Positions 1 through 12,331 of a DNA stretch of 64,000 bases are shown one piece after another. The stretch is taken from contig CP075492.1 of NCBI GenBank assembly GCA_021613535.1, positions 4,898,001 through 4,962,000 of the forward strand, given 5' to 3'. Under the pieces are notes generated by a model. That model made no database searches. It was not told where the DNA came from and saw only the letters and a list, made by a program, of their open reading frames with translations. The stretch is from Adineta vaga (taxonomy: Eukaryota; Animalia; Rotifera). The position numbers were made by a program, and so were the translations under genes. Each line of letters opens with the position of its first letter. Within the stretch, counting starts at the first letter, position 1.

Positions 1-1262
1 CGCATAATCAAAGATTTGAAATCCAATTGCAATTATCTCCGGACGGTAGACATATTCTTTTTCGAGATTATACACGGCGATCAAGTCGACCAGAATTCAA
101 TGATACACAACGTCGATTATATTCATTAGATTTAACTAATGGACAGACTGAACGTTTGGGTAAAGATTTTCTTGGTAATATTGTCGGTTATGTTTCGAAA
201 TCCGATGGTGGTGTTTATATTCTTGGACAACTTCGAACAAATGTTCAAATCTATGCACAACAATCATCAGAAGACAATTCGCAACATCAACTTGGTTGGA
301 ATGGTACTTATGAACATATTTCATTATCAGCAAATCGACCTGGTTCGATGGCATTTGTTTATTCATCATTTGAAAGACCTAAAGAAATTTATTATGTTGA
401 TGATATCAACCAGCTTTCACTTGCGAGAGCAATTACCAATGAAAATCATTATTTTACAGAAAAAGATATTCCAAAAGCGAAAGTTTACACTTGGAAAAAT
501 GAACATGATGATGAAGTTATTGAAGGAATTCTTCATTATCCACCTGGAAAATTTGAATCGAAAAATCTTCCACTGTTCGTTCTTATGCATGGTGGCCCTT
601 ACGATGCAAGTATCAATGCTTTTCAAGCTAATTGGTACAGTTGGGCTCCATTAGCTGCTGTACACGGTTGGCTTGTTCTAGAACCGAATTATTGTGGATC
701 ATCAGGATATGGCGATCAATTTGTCAATGAAATTCGTCGGCAACCTTTAACTCGTCCAACACGAGATATTCTTTCAGGTGTTGATCAACTGATTAATGAT
801 GGAATAGTTGATTCTACGAAATTAACCATTGGTGGTTATAGTTATGGTGGTTTTCTAACGAATTGGATAATTACACAAACTCCTCGTTTTAATGCTGCTC
901 TTTCTGGTTCGGGTTCAGTTGATCATACTTCAGCTTGGGGTACAATGGATTTACCTGTACTTTTTAATCATTTATTTGGAGGATCTCCTTGGGAAGAATC
1001 ACATATTTACCAAACACAATCTCCTATTTATCAATTAGATCGAATACGTACACCAACATTGATTGTTACTGGTGAAAAAGATGTACGAGTTGATCCTGCT
1101 CAATCGTATATGTTAGAACGTGGTTTACGTTATCTTGGAGTACCAGTAAAATTACTCGTTTTTCCTGGTGAAGGACACGAATTAGATATCAATCCATGGC
1201 ATGGAAAAATAAAAGTTCGAGAAGAACTCAAATGGTTACAGAAATATGGTGATCAAATATGA
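1..1262 (+). CDS. S9 prolyl-oligopeptidase family peptidase (acylaminoacyl/dipeptidyl-peptidase-like), 5' truncated by the window
   Basis: Frame is open from the window edge (HNQRFEIQLQLSPDG...). Motifs: HGGP, nucleophile GYSYG, acid GEKDVRV and His in FPGEGH. An SPDG propeller-type repeat lies at the N-end. No introns in the visible part. Confidence 0.9.
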   Translation, partial: HNQRFEIQLQLSPDGRHILFRDYTRRSSRPEFNDTQRRLYSLDLTNGQTERLGKDFLGNIVGYVSKSDGGVYILGQLRTNVQIYAQQSSEDNSQHQLGWNGTYEHISLSANRPGSMAFVYSSFERPKEIYYVDDINQLSLARAITNENHYFTEKDIPKAKVYTWKNEHDDEVIEGILHYPPGKFESKNLPLFVLMHGGPYDASINAFQANWYSWAPLAAVHGWLVLEPNYCGSSGYGDQFVNEIRRQPLTRPTRDILSGVDQLINDGIVDSTKLTIGGYSYGGFLTNWIITQTPRFNAALSGSGSVDHTSAWGTMDLPVLFNHLFGGSPWEESHIYQTQSPIYQLDRIRTPTLIVTGEKDVRVDPAQSYMLERGLRYLGVPVKLLVFPGEGHELDINPWHGKIKVREELKWLQKYGDQI

Positions 1263-1322
1263 AATAAGTTTTATTAATTAAGTAAAAATCAAGTTAAAAA
1301 GACCAGTAAAAAATCATCACCT

Positions 1323-1842
1323 TTAGGCTTGTTTCTTCTTTATTTTTTGAGCTCGTTTTTCTGCTAAGACTTGTAAAATCAATAATACGATTAATAATGC
1401 TCCCATAATTGCATGATTGTTTGCTATATCTTTCAAATATCCTTCTTTTGTTCTGTTGTTTGCTTGAACATCACCTGCAAGTGATTCAACTGATTTTTTG
1501 ATTTTCAATAAAAAAATGCCGATAACTCCGAGAAATACTGGAGCACTTAAAGTATCATAAATAGTTCGTACAATATTTCGAAACATGATCAAAGCACCAA
1601 TTAAAATAGGAACAAATGCTGTCACTGAAGTATACCATGGTTGACGAAAAGCATTTTGATAATATGAAGTACATGTATTCAATTGAAAAGATGTAAGGGA
1701 AGGTGATACAAGTGAATAATGATCACAAAACATATCAATAGCCAAAAGACCTTAGAAAGAAAATATGAGACAGTGAATGATTTAGGTCAAAAAAAGTATA
1801 GGTACCAAGGGCAAACGAAATGATACATGTTGATAAACCCAT
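1323..1842 (-). CDS. Shr3-like 4-TM ER membrane chaperone, 2 exons (1842-1806, 1750-1323)
   Basis: Removing a 55-nt GT-AG intron (1805-1751) gives MGLSTCIISFALGLLAIDMFCDHYSL...IYDTLSAPVF...LKDIANNHAIMGALLIVLLILQ...KKKQA. It has four hydrophobic helices spaced like fungal Shr3 (recalled) and a C-terminal KKxx ER-retrieval signal. Confidence 0.65.
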
Positions 1843-2174
1843 TTTGATATTACTTACAGATGACCTGAAAATGAAAAGAACACGAAATTTATATGATGGT
1901 GTTTTATTCTTTCTTATCAAAAAGTAAATTAATCTTCATTTGAATAACCTTTTGACCAATAAAATAACAGTAGAAACCTGATGTAAAAGATGAATGTATA
2001 CGTATAATAAAAATTCTTTCTAAAGAGATTTTTTTATATAGATCAAATATTCATTCGAATAGATTAAAAAATAACTACGGATTTTATGATCAGATGTCAC
2101 TAGCCTTCGAAAAAAAGGGGTTACGCGATAGGTGACAAAAGGTTTTTTTTCTTATGTCGGTGAAGTCATTTCGT

Positions 2175-4635
2175 TCAAGTAGTATAAAGTGTACATATAT
2201 CAGCAGCACTAAGTTCTTGACTATAAATTCGAAATTCATCAATATCACCATCGAAATGTGTCATAGGTCCCATTGAACCCACATTACATAGGCCATTACC
2301 ATCAGACTACTTCCATGTAATATAGGCTGGTGTTGAACTAGCTGTATAAGCATTAACTAGTACATTCGTCGATGCCACTAGAGCATTATTAATGTATAGT
2401 CGTAGACCATTTGTTGGATGCCATGTCTCAACAATATGAGTCCAAGTAGGAGCTAGTGGTATGGATGGACCAATGACAGATCTTACAGCACTATTAAGCA
2501 TTTGAGCAACAATGGAACCATTTGTAGCAAAGCCTATGAAAGGTAAACACCAGCCAAGACCAGTTGCCATGTCAGAGACATGAACTAAGGTTCCTGATAA
2601 GGTTCGTGGTCGTACCCAAAATGAAATTGAAAATGGTCGATTGTTAATACCAAGATTACTGACACCTGCTATTTGAAAGTAGGACGAAGTTGAACTTGTC
2701 AATGAAATCGCTTGTTGAGAATGACCATTAGATACGGAAGAAACAGATTGGGCAGCAGCTGCTAATGAATTAGGTCCTGAATCAATCAATGACATAGCAG
2801 GATTAAAGGTAAAATAGGCTGCTAATGTCGCTTCTTGCAGAATTTCACAACTTGATTTTGCTCGATCATTAATAGTTATTCGGTCAATGCTTCCCTAACG
2901 CAAAGAACAAACAGCATTATGATTATCTATACTGGTATATCAAATCTTACTTGAAAATTATTCCGTCCAGACGTAAGATCAATACCTGGTATGTTACCGA
3001 TTGTAACACTATCTGGATTACCTTTGAATGATGATGCTATTGTTTTAGTAGCATCTAATTTCCCATTGATATAAATACTTTGTGTTAACGTAGAAACATC
3101 AAAAACAAAGGCAACATGTATCCATTCATTTATTGGTATAATTGCATTGCCTTGACAATCAGCAGCATAGAATCCAAAATAGAGATAACAATTTCCACTA
3201 TTTTTACGAATGACTATATGTAAACATTCATAACTAAGAGCATTAGGACAAAGACCAACAATACTATGGTCTTTTGTGTTTGGAAAGCCTGTTGGATAAA
3301 TCCATGCGGTGACAGTAAAACTAATGCTTGCTAAACTCATAACAGAAGATGTTAATGTTTGATTGTTATTCGCAACAAAGGTTAGAGCTTGATCAATGTA
3401 ACCAACACTATATATGAGTTTGGCTGTTGAAGCTGCTATTGAATTGCTAACATTTTCATATAAGTCATTATTGAAATCCCAATTCGCAAGTAAATTTGAT
3501 GAGGATATCCATAATTGATTTTCGCATGAAAAATTACAAATGACTTGAGCCGTTGTGCTTGTGGATGTCGTTGTTGATGAAATAGAATCTTATAGTAAAA
3601 ATACAATCATTTTGTTTTTTGAAATTCATGAAAAAAAAGACATACTTGATGTTGCTTTAGTAGTTGTTTCTGAAGTTTTAGTTAGGAAAGCAAGTAGTAA
3701 TGTTGCCAGTAATGTGCCAACAATGAGTGCAACAAGTACAAGACAAATTAAGCATGGATAAGAGAAACAACATAGTTTTCTATGAAAAAGAAACAAATGT
3801 AAATAATGTTGAAACGAAGGAAGTATAACAGTCACCTTCGTCGTTTTCGTTTTCCAACTTTTTCTATAACGTCCCGAAAATCACCTAAAGATTCGTGTCG
3901 ATCATCGATTATCTTAATTCAATGCATAAAATGAACGAAAATAGTCTTAATAAGGAACATCTTTTACTTGAATTTGACTGGAACTATTGAATACAATCGA
4001 ACTGTGTGAAGCACTATCCTACAATTTATATAGTTAATAAAGTAATCTTTTCTCTATTTCTAACTGATAGGAAACGATTTACATTGATTAGATTTGTGTT
4101 ATTCGTTGAGTGTTGTTTATTATTTGTCCACTGATTATTCTTTAACTATAGACATTCAATAATACGATATACAAATTTATTTACCTGATTCGATAGTTGA
4201 TTCTGTGAAGGATTATAATTGGCACTAGCAGAAGGAAACAAATCGTGACGATTGTTACGAATATTCGCACGATCCGCTATCTATCAACAAATGAAACGAA
4301 ATAAAACAATACATATATATCAGAATTCTTACTAATGGTATTACATTCGTAGTTTTATTTGTTGTTTTTATTGGTCGAATACTAGTATGAATAATAGTGC
4401 TTGATTTTGAACTGTTTGCTGCTCGATGTCGTTTCTGAGTTTTACAAATATGAAACATGAATCTCTATATAAAATCTCGTACATGTCTTTTCGTTGAATC
4501 TCGACGAACTGACATTCGTGTAACACGTGCTACTGTTGGTGAATCGTGTCGTTTTGGTGTTACAGCAGATCGTACGGATGATAGTAATCGATGGTTGTTC
4601 TTTCGTGCTGGACCAACTGATGTATTACTTGACAT
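2175..4635 (-). CDS. Membrane-anchored protein with two LamG/concanavalin-A-like domains, multi-exon, with an in-frame TAG near the 3' end
   Basis: Basic N-terminal exons (MSSNTSVGP...), a TM segment (LICLVLVALIVGTLLATLLL) and a Thr-rich stalk. LamG motifs: FTVTAWIYP, WIHVAFVFD, YINGKLD, FSISFWVRP, WTHIVETW. The C-terminal FDGDIDEFRIYSQELS lies in frame after TAG 2309-2307. The 5' exon model is uncertain. Confidence 0.75.
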
Positions 4636-5151
4636 TCTGATACGTGTAATCGATGAGAGAGTTTTTTTTTCTTACTGAATTAGTTTATACATATATAGTG
4701 AATTGATGAAAGGTTTCTCTTTTTCTCAAAGAAAAAAACAATGTATCTACGATGGAATCTTATTATGTTTTGTATTTCGTTTGATTAATAATGAAGACAT
4801 GAAAATGTTTTCACAAGATATAATAAAATGTATTTCAGGTACAATGAAATCAATATGATCTATAGAGATAGTTTGATAGTTATATTCAATTGAAAAAATG
4901 ACATCACAACTATATGATTATCAGATACAATTTTAAATTGAAGAAAAAAATTTACTGTGTTGGAAAATTTGTTTTTTTCTCTTGCGTTTCTTGCTTGTAT
5001 TAAGTTGGAAATTTATTGTTCATAATTTATGATGCAATATTTGTCATTGAATAGATTTATTCCCAAGAAAATTATTCATATAAAAGACATGACACTATTG
5101 TTGAATTAATGGCGTTTGTTCTCATAATTAACGAAAGGATACAAAGATTCA

Positions 5152-6732
5152 ATGGTATATATTTATTATTGACTCACCTGCCTGTAATTTGTATTCATGT
5201 ATAATAGAATAGCAATACAGATGTCATCAGTCATCAACAACCAGCATTTTTCATAGGAAGTTTTATCGAAGCCTGTGAATTCGCATTCAAGTCAACAGAG
5301 AGAAGAGAAGTGTTTTTTATTGTAATAAATATGATACTCAATACTTTCTTTTCTTTTTGATTTTTTAGTGTCGATCAGTACTTATTTACGTCTATCATTC
5401 GATGAATGATGATTTTTATAGAAATATACTCTGTTCAGAATATTTAATTGAATATTTACACGAAAACTACATCCTTTGGCCATGTGATATTACTCAACAA
5501 TCTAATCAAATTTTGTATGTTATTTCATCTGTTTATAATTCATCATATTTTACTCTTCGATAAAAAGGTTAAACAACATCTATTGTGAACTTCCATATAA
5601 TAATGAATTTCTTCATCAAAGTCCAATTCTTATTGGTATCATGCGACAATCACGAGAAAACAATCAGACTTGTAATCTATCTGCATATGATTATGAATTG
5701 TTATTGAATGGCACTTATCTTATGCATACTGAAGGTGACTTAACTCTTGAAACTTTATTCGATGAATTGCTCAAATTTAAAGATATATTCAATGATAATG
5801 AAAGAAATCTGGTGAGTATTTTGTCATGGAGAAAATTAAATCGTATGAATTACATTTTATAGTCATTTGATTTCGTGAAAACGACAGGTCTTTGTTGGGA
5901 TCTTATTCTTTGTATAATTCCATATTTGTCATTAAATGATACGATAACTGCATTTTCGATTAATTCGATTTCTTTCTTAAAACGTTATCACATTCCGTTA
6001 TCACTTGATAATCCTTCAGATGTATTTATAACAACAATGCTTGATAGAATTGACCGAACACAAATCGTTTCGTTACATCTTAGAGCAGATGATTTTCCAT
6101 CTAAATTAGAATTAATGAATTCATCAGATAATTTTACAAATGTTGAAAGATTAACTTTATGTCAAATTAGAAAACTCGATCGACTCAATGATTATAGAAT
6201 CTATTTTTTCAACGTGAAATGTCTTTCTCTTCGTTATGATGGAGATATTAATTTTCATAATCTATGCGATCAATTCAAACATTTTCAAGGATCAATTAAA
6301 CAATTGAAAATTTTTTGTACAAATGTTCGTTGTTCTCATGATCGAATTGATTATTTTTTCAAGAAAATAAGCAATTTCAATCATACAATCGAATATTTAT
6401 TGATTGATATCGATTTTATTTCAACGTCCACTATAAACAATTGTGTTCAGTACTATAATACATGTGTATTGAAAACTCTCGTTGATTTTATGAAAATCAT
6501 GGCTTCTATTCAATATGTATTTGTCAATGTTCATTATGGTGATATTGGTAAATTATTAGATATGATTGAATGGAAAGGTTTACTACAGATGCGTCGTACG
6601 TTGAAAAAAGTGACATTACAAGGAACAAATAGTGTTATAGAAGAAACACAATTAACACAAAAAGCATTGCAAATTCAACAGCAACTCGTGACAGATGGAC
6701 GAACAATTAAATTTAAAGTTAAATTGAAATAA
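5152..6732 (+). CDS. UAS (FAF1-type thioredoxin-like) domain fused to an F-box-like/LRR-like module, paralogue A
   Basis: ATG-only first exon (5152-5154), then intron 5155-5207. Exons encode QPAFFIGSFIEACEFAF and LIYVYH...ILCSEYLIEYLHENYILWPCDITQQSN, which resemble FAF1 UAS. An intron after NERNL joins to LCWDLILCIIPYLSLNDTITAFS (F-box-like) and a Leu-rich tail. Confidence 0.7.
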
Positions 6733-6827
6733 TTTCTGTTCATTTCAATTATTATTTTTATAAAGAATGCTTATGAGTCAATAAAACGATGAATGATTTT
6801 TATTCGTGTTTTTTTTAAAAAAAAGTA

Positions 6828-7010
6828 TTAACAAGTTTGTAAATAAACCATTAAATTGTCGGCACCTTTATTTGCAATGGCAAAATTTATTTTTTCATCT
6901 TTACTAAAATCAGCAGCAGCAATAGAAAATGGATGAGATCCATATGGCAATGGATAAAATATCATATCATCAAATTTTCCGTCACCATGATCTAAAAGAA
7001 TTCCATCTTG
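6828..7010 (-). pseudogene. Orphan C-terminal fragment of an FG-GAP repeat gene
   Basis: GILLDHGDGKF...SHPFSIAAADFSKDEKINFAIANKGADNLMVYLQTC* resembles the last repeat and C-terminus of the gene at 33.6-38 kb. No upstream repeats are found before the tRNA. Confidence 0.7.
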
Positions 7011-7182
7011 AGAGTGGGTGTGAGTGTGATCGGAGATAATATCTACATCGAAACTCATCCACACCTTCCATTCACATCCATATAATCATCTTTTCTTTAA
7101 AAAAGTCACAAATATTCTTCAGCTTGATTTTTTCTCATCGCGTCTTTTATATCTTTGAAATATGGATTTTATTCGAATGTAG

Positions 7183-7188
7183 AAAAAA
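7183..7188 (-). terminator. Pol III oligo-T terminator of tRNA-Cys
   Basis: T6 run starting 3 nt downstream of the tRNA 3' end on the minus strand. Confidence 0.75.
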
Positions 7189-7190
7189 GT

Positions 7191-7262
7191 AGGGGACACC
7201 CGGGATTGAACCAGGGACCTCTCGATCTGCAGTCGAATGCTCTACCACTGAGCTATATCCCC
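7191..7262 (-). tRNA. tRNA-Cys (GCA)
   Basis: Reverse complement GGGGATATAGCTCAGTGGTAGAGCATTCGACTGCAGATCGAGAGGTCCCTGGTTCAATCCCGGGTGTCCCCT. 72-nt cloverleaf, GCA anticodon, A/B boxes, no encoded CCA. Confidence 0.97.
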
Positions 7263-7600
7263 ATTGGTTATTAAACACAAATAAAAACATCACACATGGA
7301 ATCGATCAACTATATGCCTGTTTAGTCGTGTACTCAATAGCTTTTGAAAGACTAATCCGATTGTTGTGAACTTTTCTGCAAAGCATTGTCTCATCAATAT
7401 CTCAACCAAGTACATAAAACGCATCGATTTCGATCCATGGTTTGGACACTTTTTTTAAATTGAATTTGATACAAAGTGAAAGATCACAAAAAAGAGGATT
7501 TCGTTATACAATGCAATTTTATCAAATAAAGTCGCTGTAACTTAATTCAAATTGATTCTACACGCATCGTAGTCACTTCCGATGTTCGAATCTGGCTGAG

Positions 7601-7617
7601 GGTGAAGAGAAAAGTAT
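7601..7617. repeat. 17-bp direct repeat, copy 1 (GGTGAAGAGAAAAGTAT)
   Basis: Identical to 8982-8998. Confidence 0.9.
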
Positions 7618-8950
7618 CAACACCATTCTTAATGTTGAGTCATTACCGGTTCTTGAACATCTGAATATTAGTTTTATAAAACGTCGTCTTCAAGATGATG
7701 TAAAAATAATAAATATTAACAGTATAATAAGTCGTTTATATTCTCTCAAACTTACTTACATGTCAATGGATGATCTTCTTATGTTCTTTTCATTTGTTCA
7801 TTTACCTGTACTCGAAAAATTAATATTGATTAATATTCATGATGATTGTAAGTTTAATAAACAAATATTTCGATTGAATTTCTAACTAATAATTGTCAAT
7901 TGTTTTTTGGAAAATTTAGCACTTATTCGTTTGAACGATTTTCAAACATATTTTCAGTCAAAGGAAAATCTTTCTGCTCCTCGTCCATCATCTTTTCGAT
8001 TTCTACTTCGTTTTCCTGGTGTATTGGAAAATATGAATGGAATAAATATCATTATTCACAATGGCCACTTGATCCTGTTAACATCGATTATTGTCTTGAC
8101 ATTACCAATGCCTAAGAAATATTCTCTCCTTATTTTTACTCGTACGTCTCTGCCTTTTCATCGAAAGATACACAATTACTCTATAGCAACGAAACTTAAA
8201 CAAACGCCATCAACATTCATCGAATTTTCTCGTTAAATCACAGAAACAATTGTTTCTTCGTGCACTTCTTTCAGGAGCAAGACAACTTATTAGATTAACT
8301 ACTAATTGGAATTATATCATGAATATAGATTCAAATTGTGCTGGTCAATATTATGTTCCACCTATTCTCAATTTACGTCACTTATACTTGCGAAATACCA
8401 AAAGAGGAGGTAATTCATAGTTGTCAACACTCATCCTCTACAAAAAAGAAAACATGAGTTCATCTAAAATATTTAATATAAGTTTCAATTGTGAAGTGAA
8501 GACTTATTATGATATGATTGATGTGAATTGTTAATCATTATTTGATCTTAAAAAGAGTACAAAAACAAATTTCATCATTTTCTTTTTTTTAGAACTAATG
8601 AATTTATTGGAACTGATCGATAGTCCTTTATTATCGACATTATTCCCACAAATTACTATATTTATGGGTCAAGTGGACGTCATATACCTCTGAACGAAAA
8701 CTTCGCCCAATTGGTCATATTTATTGCTACTCATTTTGAAAAACTCACTGAAATGATCATTAACAGAGACTCTTGTTATCGAGAAAATGGCATTGATGGT
8801 CATAGTTTATTATATATTCAACAAAAATATGTTACAAATTTATTAAGAAATGTTCCTAAATTCCACAACCCAAATCATGGAAGTATTCGTTGGAATAAAT
8901 ATTCTGAAATACGCATCTGATTATAAATAATATTTCTCTTGATTAATAAA
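7618..8950 (+). pseudogene. 5'-truncated, frameshifted 3' part of an F-box/LRR-type gene
   Basis: LRR-like coding (SLPVLEHLNISF, LPVLEKLILINI) starts at repeat copy 1. It includes an intron (gtaag ~7848), frameshifts near 8030-8110, a stop near 8920 and AATAAA near 8945. Confidence 0.65.
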
Positions 8951-8981
8951 CTATATTGTTAGCAGATATCTTCAGAGTGTA

Positions 8982-8998
8982 GGTGAAGAGAAAAGTAT
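8982..8998. repeat. 17-bp direct repeat, copy 2
   Basis: Identical to 7601-7617. Confidence 0.9.
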
Positions 8999-9632
8999 TA
9001 ATTTTGTTCTAAAAGAAAGAATTCATAATCATTAATAAAATCAATCGGTGTAAACCATGAAAATAAATCAGTTCCAAAACATGTCTCAATCCTTTCAAAT
9101 TTATCTTCTGATCGAATACAATATGCAACAAGATGGCCAGCTTTTTTTTTCATTTTCCCTACTTTCATAATGATAAAATATATCGATACCATTTACATAT
9201 ACTCGATCGCTCGTTGACAGAATGAAATAACTAATAAATGTTAATGTCAAACTCCCTATTTATAATTCTATAACAAACTTTGATAACGCCATTTTCAAAC
9301 GTTTGCATTATATATCAAATATGCAAAAGTTTATTTGTTATTGACACAATCTATGTAAAATTTATTTAATTCTTCATCTTTGCAAATAACATTTAATATA
9401 TTCATTAGACGATATTGTGTTAGAAAAATATACTTCGTTTTAATGCATCGTAAAATTGTGGTTGGAAGCATTTATAATCTGCGTAATATCGATGAAAAAG
9501 AAGTTTGGAAAGGAAAGAAGAAAAAGGGAAGAAATTATTTTTATAATTTCATATATGACAAGTCGGATGTAATCACTGCGTTTCAGACGAGCCGAACGGA
9601 TAGACGTGTTTTTCTCTACTTTATATCAAGAA

Positions 9633-12047
9633 ATGTCTTCACAAGATGATACTGTAACGCTTATGTGGTTCAATCCCAGTGATGATGATAAGAATAAAAC
9701 TATTGACAAGATGAATATTATTTGTTATACGGATATTGATGTACTCAGCCAGAGTATGGAAACAACAAAAAATCAAAAGATTTTCGTCATTATATCTGCT
9801 AACGATGCAGTCAAGTATCTTGCAGCAATTCTCGAACTATTATCATCAAATTCATTATTTATTTTTCCAGAAAATTCGACGTACTTATTTGATCATGTTA
9901 TCAAAGAAAAAATTGTCGGTAATTTTAAAAATTCTATTGATCTTATTCAAGCAATAAAGGAAACTGTCGAGAAATTCAACAAAAGTATAGAATTAGTTTC
10001 CAATGATAATCAATATCAGCAAGGTACCTGCGATCTATCAAAGTATTCCGGTCGATATCTCTGGTAATATATATTTGGACCTAAAACATGATATCTTGTG
10101 TTTTATAACGAGGAGAAATTTAAATATATATAAATGACTTTTCATTATAGGTTTCAATTATTTCATGAAGTTATTCAACACTTATCTCCTGATGATGATT
10201 GTGGCGCAAAGGAAGAAATGTTAAACGTTTGTCGTCAATTTTATCAAAATAATGATCAAACTCTTAAAATGATCGACGAATTCGATCGAACCTTTCAAAT
10301 TAATGATTGTATTTGTTGGTATACAAAATCAACATTTGTATTTGAAATAATCAATAAAGCTCTCCGAACAGAAGATATTGAACAACTATATCAATTTCGT
10401 TACTATGTAGCTGGTTTATCGAAACAACTTGATCGACAATGTGAAAAGATGAAGAATGAACGTGAGGAAAAACTCATATTATACCGTGGTTCAGGTATGC
10501 ACAAACAAGAACTAGAAAGTTTGATGCTAATGGTAGGAAAACTAATCGCAACTAACGAATACTGGTCTACCAGTCGTAATGTATCGCGTGCAGAAATGTT
10601 TATTCGACGTGAATCAAACTTCATACCAGTTTTATATAAAATCGAGTGCGATTTAAATCATTGTAAAGATTCGATTATTTTCGCGGATATAAGCAGTTTA
10701 AGTCACTTTGGTAGTGCGGAAGAAGAATATTTGTTTAATGCAGGTTCAATCTTTCAGGTTGAGGGTATAGAACAAGACGTTAAGAATGATATATACTCAA
10801 TCAAAATAAAAACAACTGACAAAGGAGGAGAACTTGCGAAACAGTATAAAGAAGACTATAGAGCAGATATGGATTATGAAAGCCCGAGAATGATGATAGG
10901 AATATTACTGAAACGAATTGGACTATATGAAAAATCGTTAGGTTATTTTCGAGAACTTTTAAAGAATCCAGGCGATGAAAAGCTCTCTCATATTCATAAT
11001 CGAATTGGTATTGCTCTACAACATCAGAATAAGTGTGAAGAAGCCTTAGAACATTTTAATAAAGCATATAATTTAGCTATAGCATCTGATTCAGAAGACG
11101 AAATACATTTAGCTCTTATACTTCATGGAAAAGGTTTAGTGTTTGATAAAATTCAAAGATCTTCAGAAGCGCTCGACTGTTACAAACGAGCAATAAAAAA
11201 ATTCAAAGACACGATCGGAGATAATAACCGTAGTAGTGCAGACATATACAGCTGTATCGGACGGTATCATTCACGAAAAGCAGACTATAAAACAGCGAGA
11301 TTTTATCAAAATAAAGTTTCAGAAATAAGGCAATCATGTTTACCACCTAATCATCATATACATGCGTTTAGTTACATTGACGTAGCAAAAACTTACTTTA
11401 TAGAAAAAAGGTATAATAAGGCACTTGAATATCAGCTTAAAGCTTTGAAACTTCGACAAGATTGTCTCTTACCCGATCATCTAAATATCGCTTCCAGTCT
11501 ACATTATATTGGTACAATATATTTTGCAATGAAGAAACCAGACGAAGCTCTCGATTATTATCAAAAATCACTTGAGATGACACGAAAATGTTTATCATCT
11601 CCTCAACAACGTACCGTTCCCAGCATTCTTGAAGATATAGCAAAACTTTTTAAAGATGATTCTCACGAAGCTCTGGTACATCGAATGGAAGCACTTGACG
11701 TTCAAAAGAAACTGGAACCGATAAATTATGAATATATGACTCGTACTCTAAACAATATTGCTCGTACATACAAGGCCATGAAATCAAATGACAAATCTGT
11801 CGAATTCTACGAACAAGCTTTAGACTTTCGTCGACGTTATTTATCAGACAAAATAGTTGATTTAACACTTAATCTTGATCGTTTAGCTGCTGTGTATGAA
11901 GAAATGAATCAATTCTTGAAAGCATTAAGTTATTATCAAGAAATATTGAAAATGTGCGATACTACTTCCCATTCGCATAATTGGCTTTGTGAAAAGACCA
12001 AAAAAAGTATCGCACGAGTTCAACGAAAATTGAAATATAATCATTAA
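9633..12047 (+). CDS. ADP-ribosyltransferase (R-S-E clade) domain plus TPR repeat protein, 2 exons
   Basis: Intron 10064-10150 joins RYLW to FQLF. ART motifs: LYRG, WSTS, EEEYLF. A helical region WYTKSTF...INKALRTEDI precedes them and multiple TPR repeats follow (e.g. IASSLHYIGTIY...EALDYYQKSL). Confidence 0.88.
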
Positions 12048-12331
12048 TTCGTTTAGACAAATAAATCAAACTTTATATTTCTCCTATACTTTTATCCGTA
12101 GTTAAAGATTAGAAAGTAATTTTTGTGTTATTCATTGTTACTTTAGATTCAATTTATTAATAAAAAAGAATCTTGCAATCGATGAAGACATAATTTCAAC
12201 TTTGTTTTGACACATAAATAAATATTGACTATATGCGTCATTCTATACTTGTTCCTCTTATCTCACCTACACAATTTTCATCGGTTTAAAACGACTGAAA
12301 GTTTCTATCGTCGCAATATCATAAAAATATA

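Noticed and set aside
2307-2309. Alternative genetic code or programmed stop readthrough
   Set aside because: TAA, TAG and TGA all end intact genes elsewhere in the window, and small indels explain this site.
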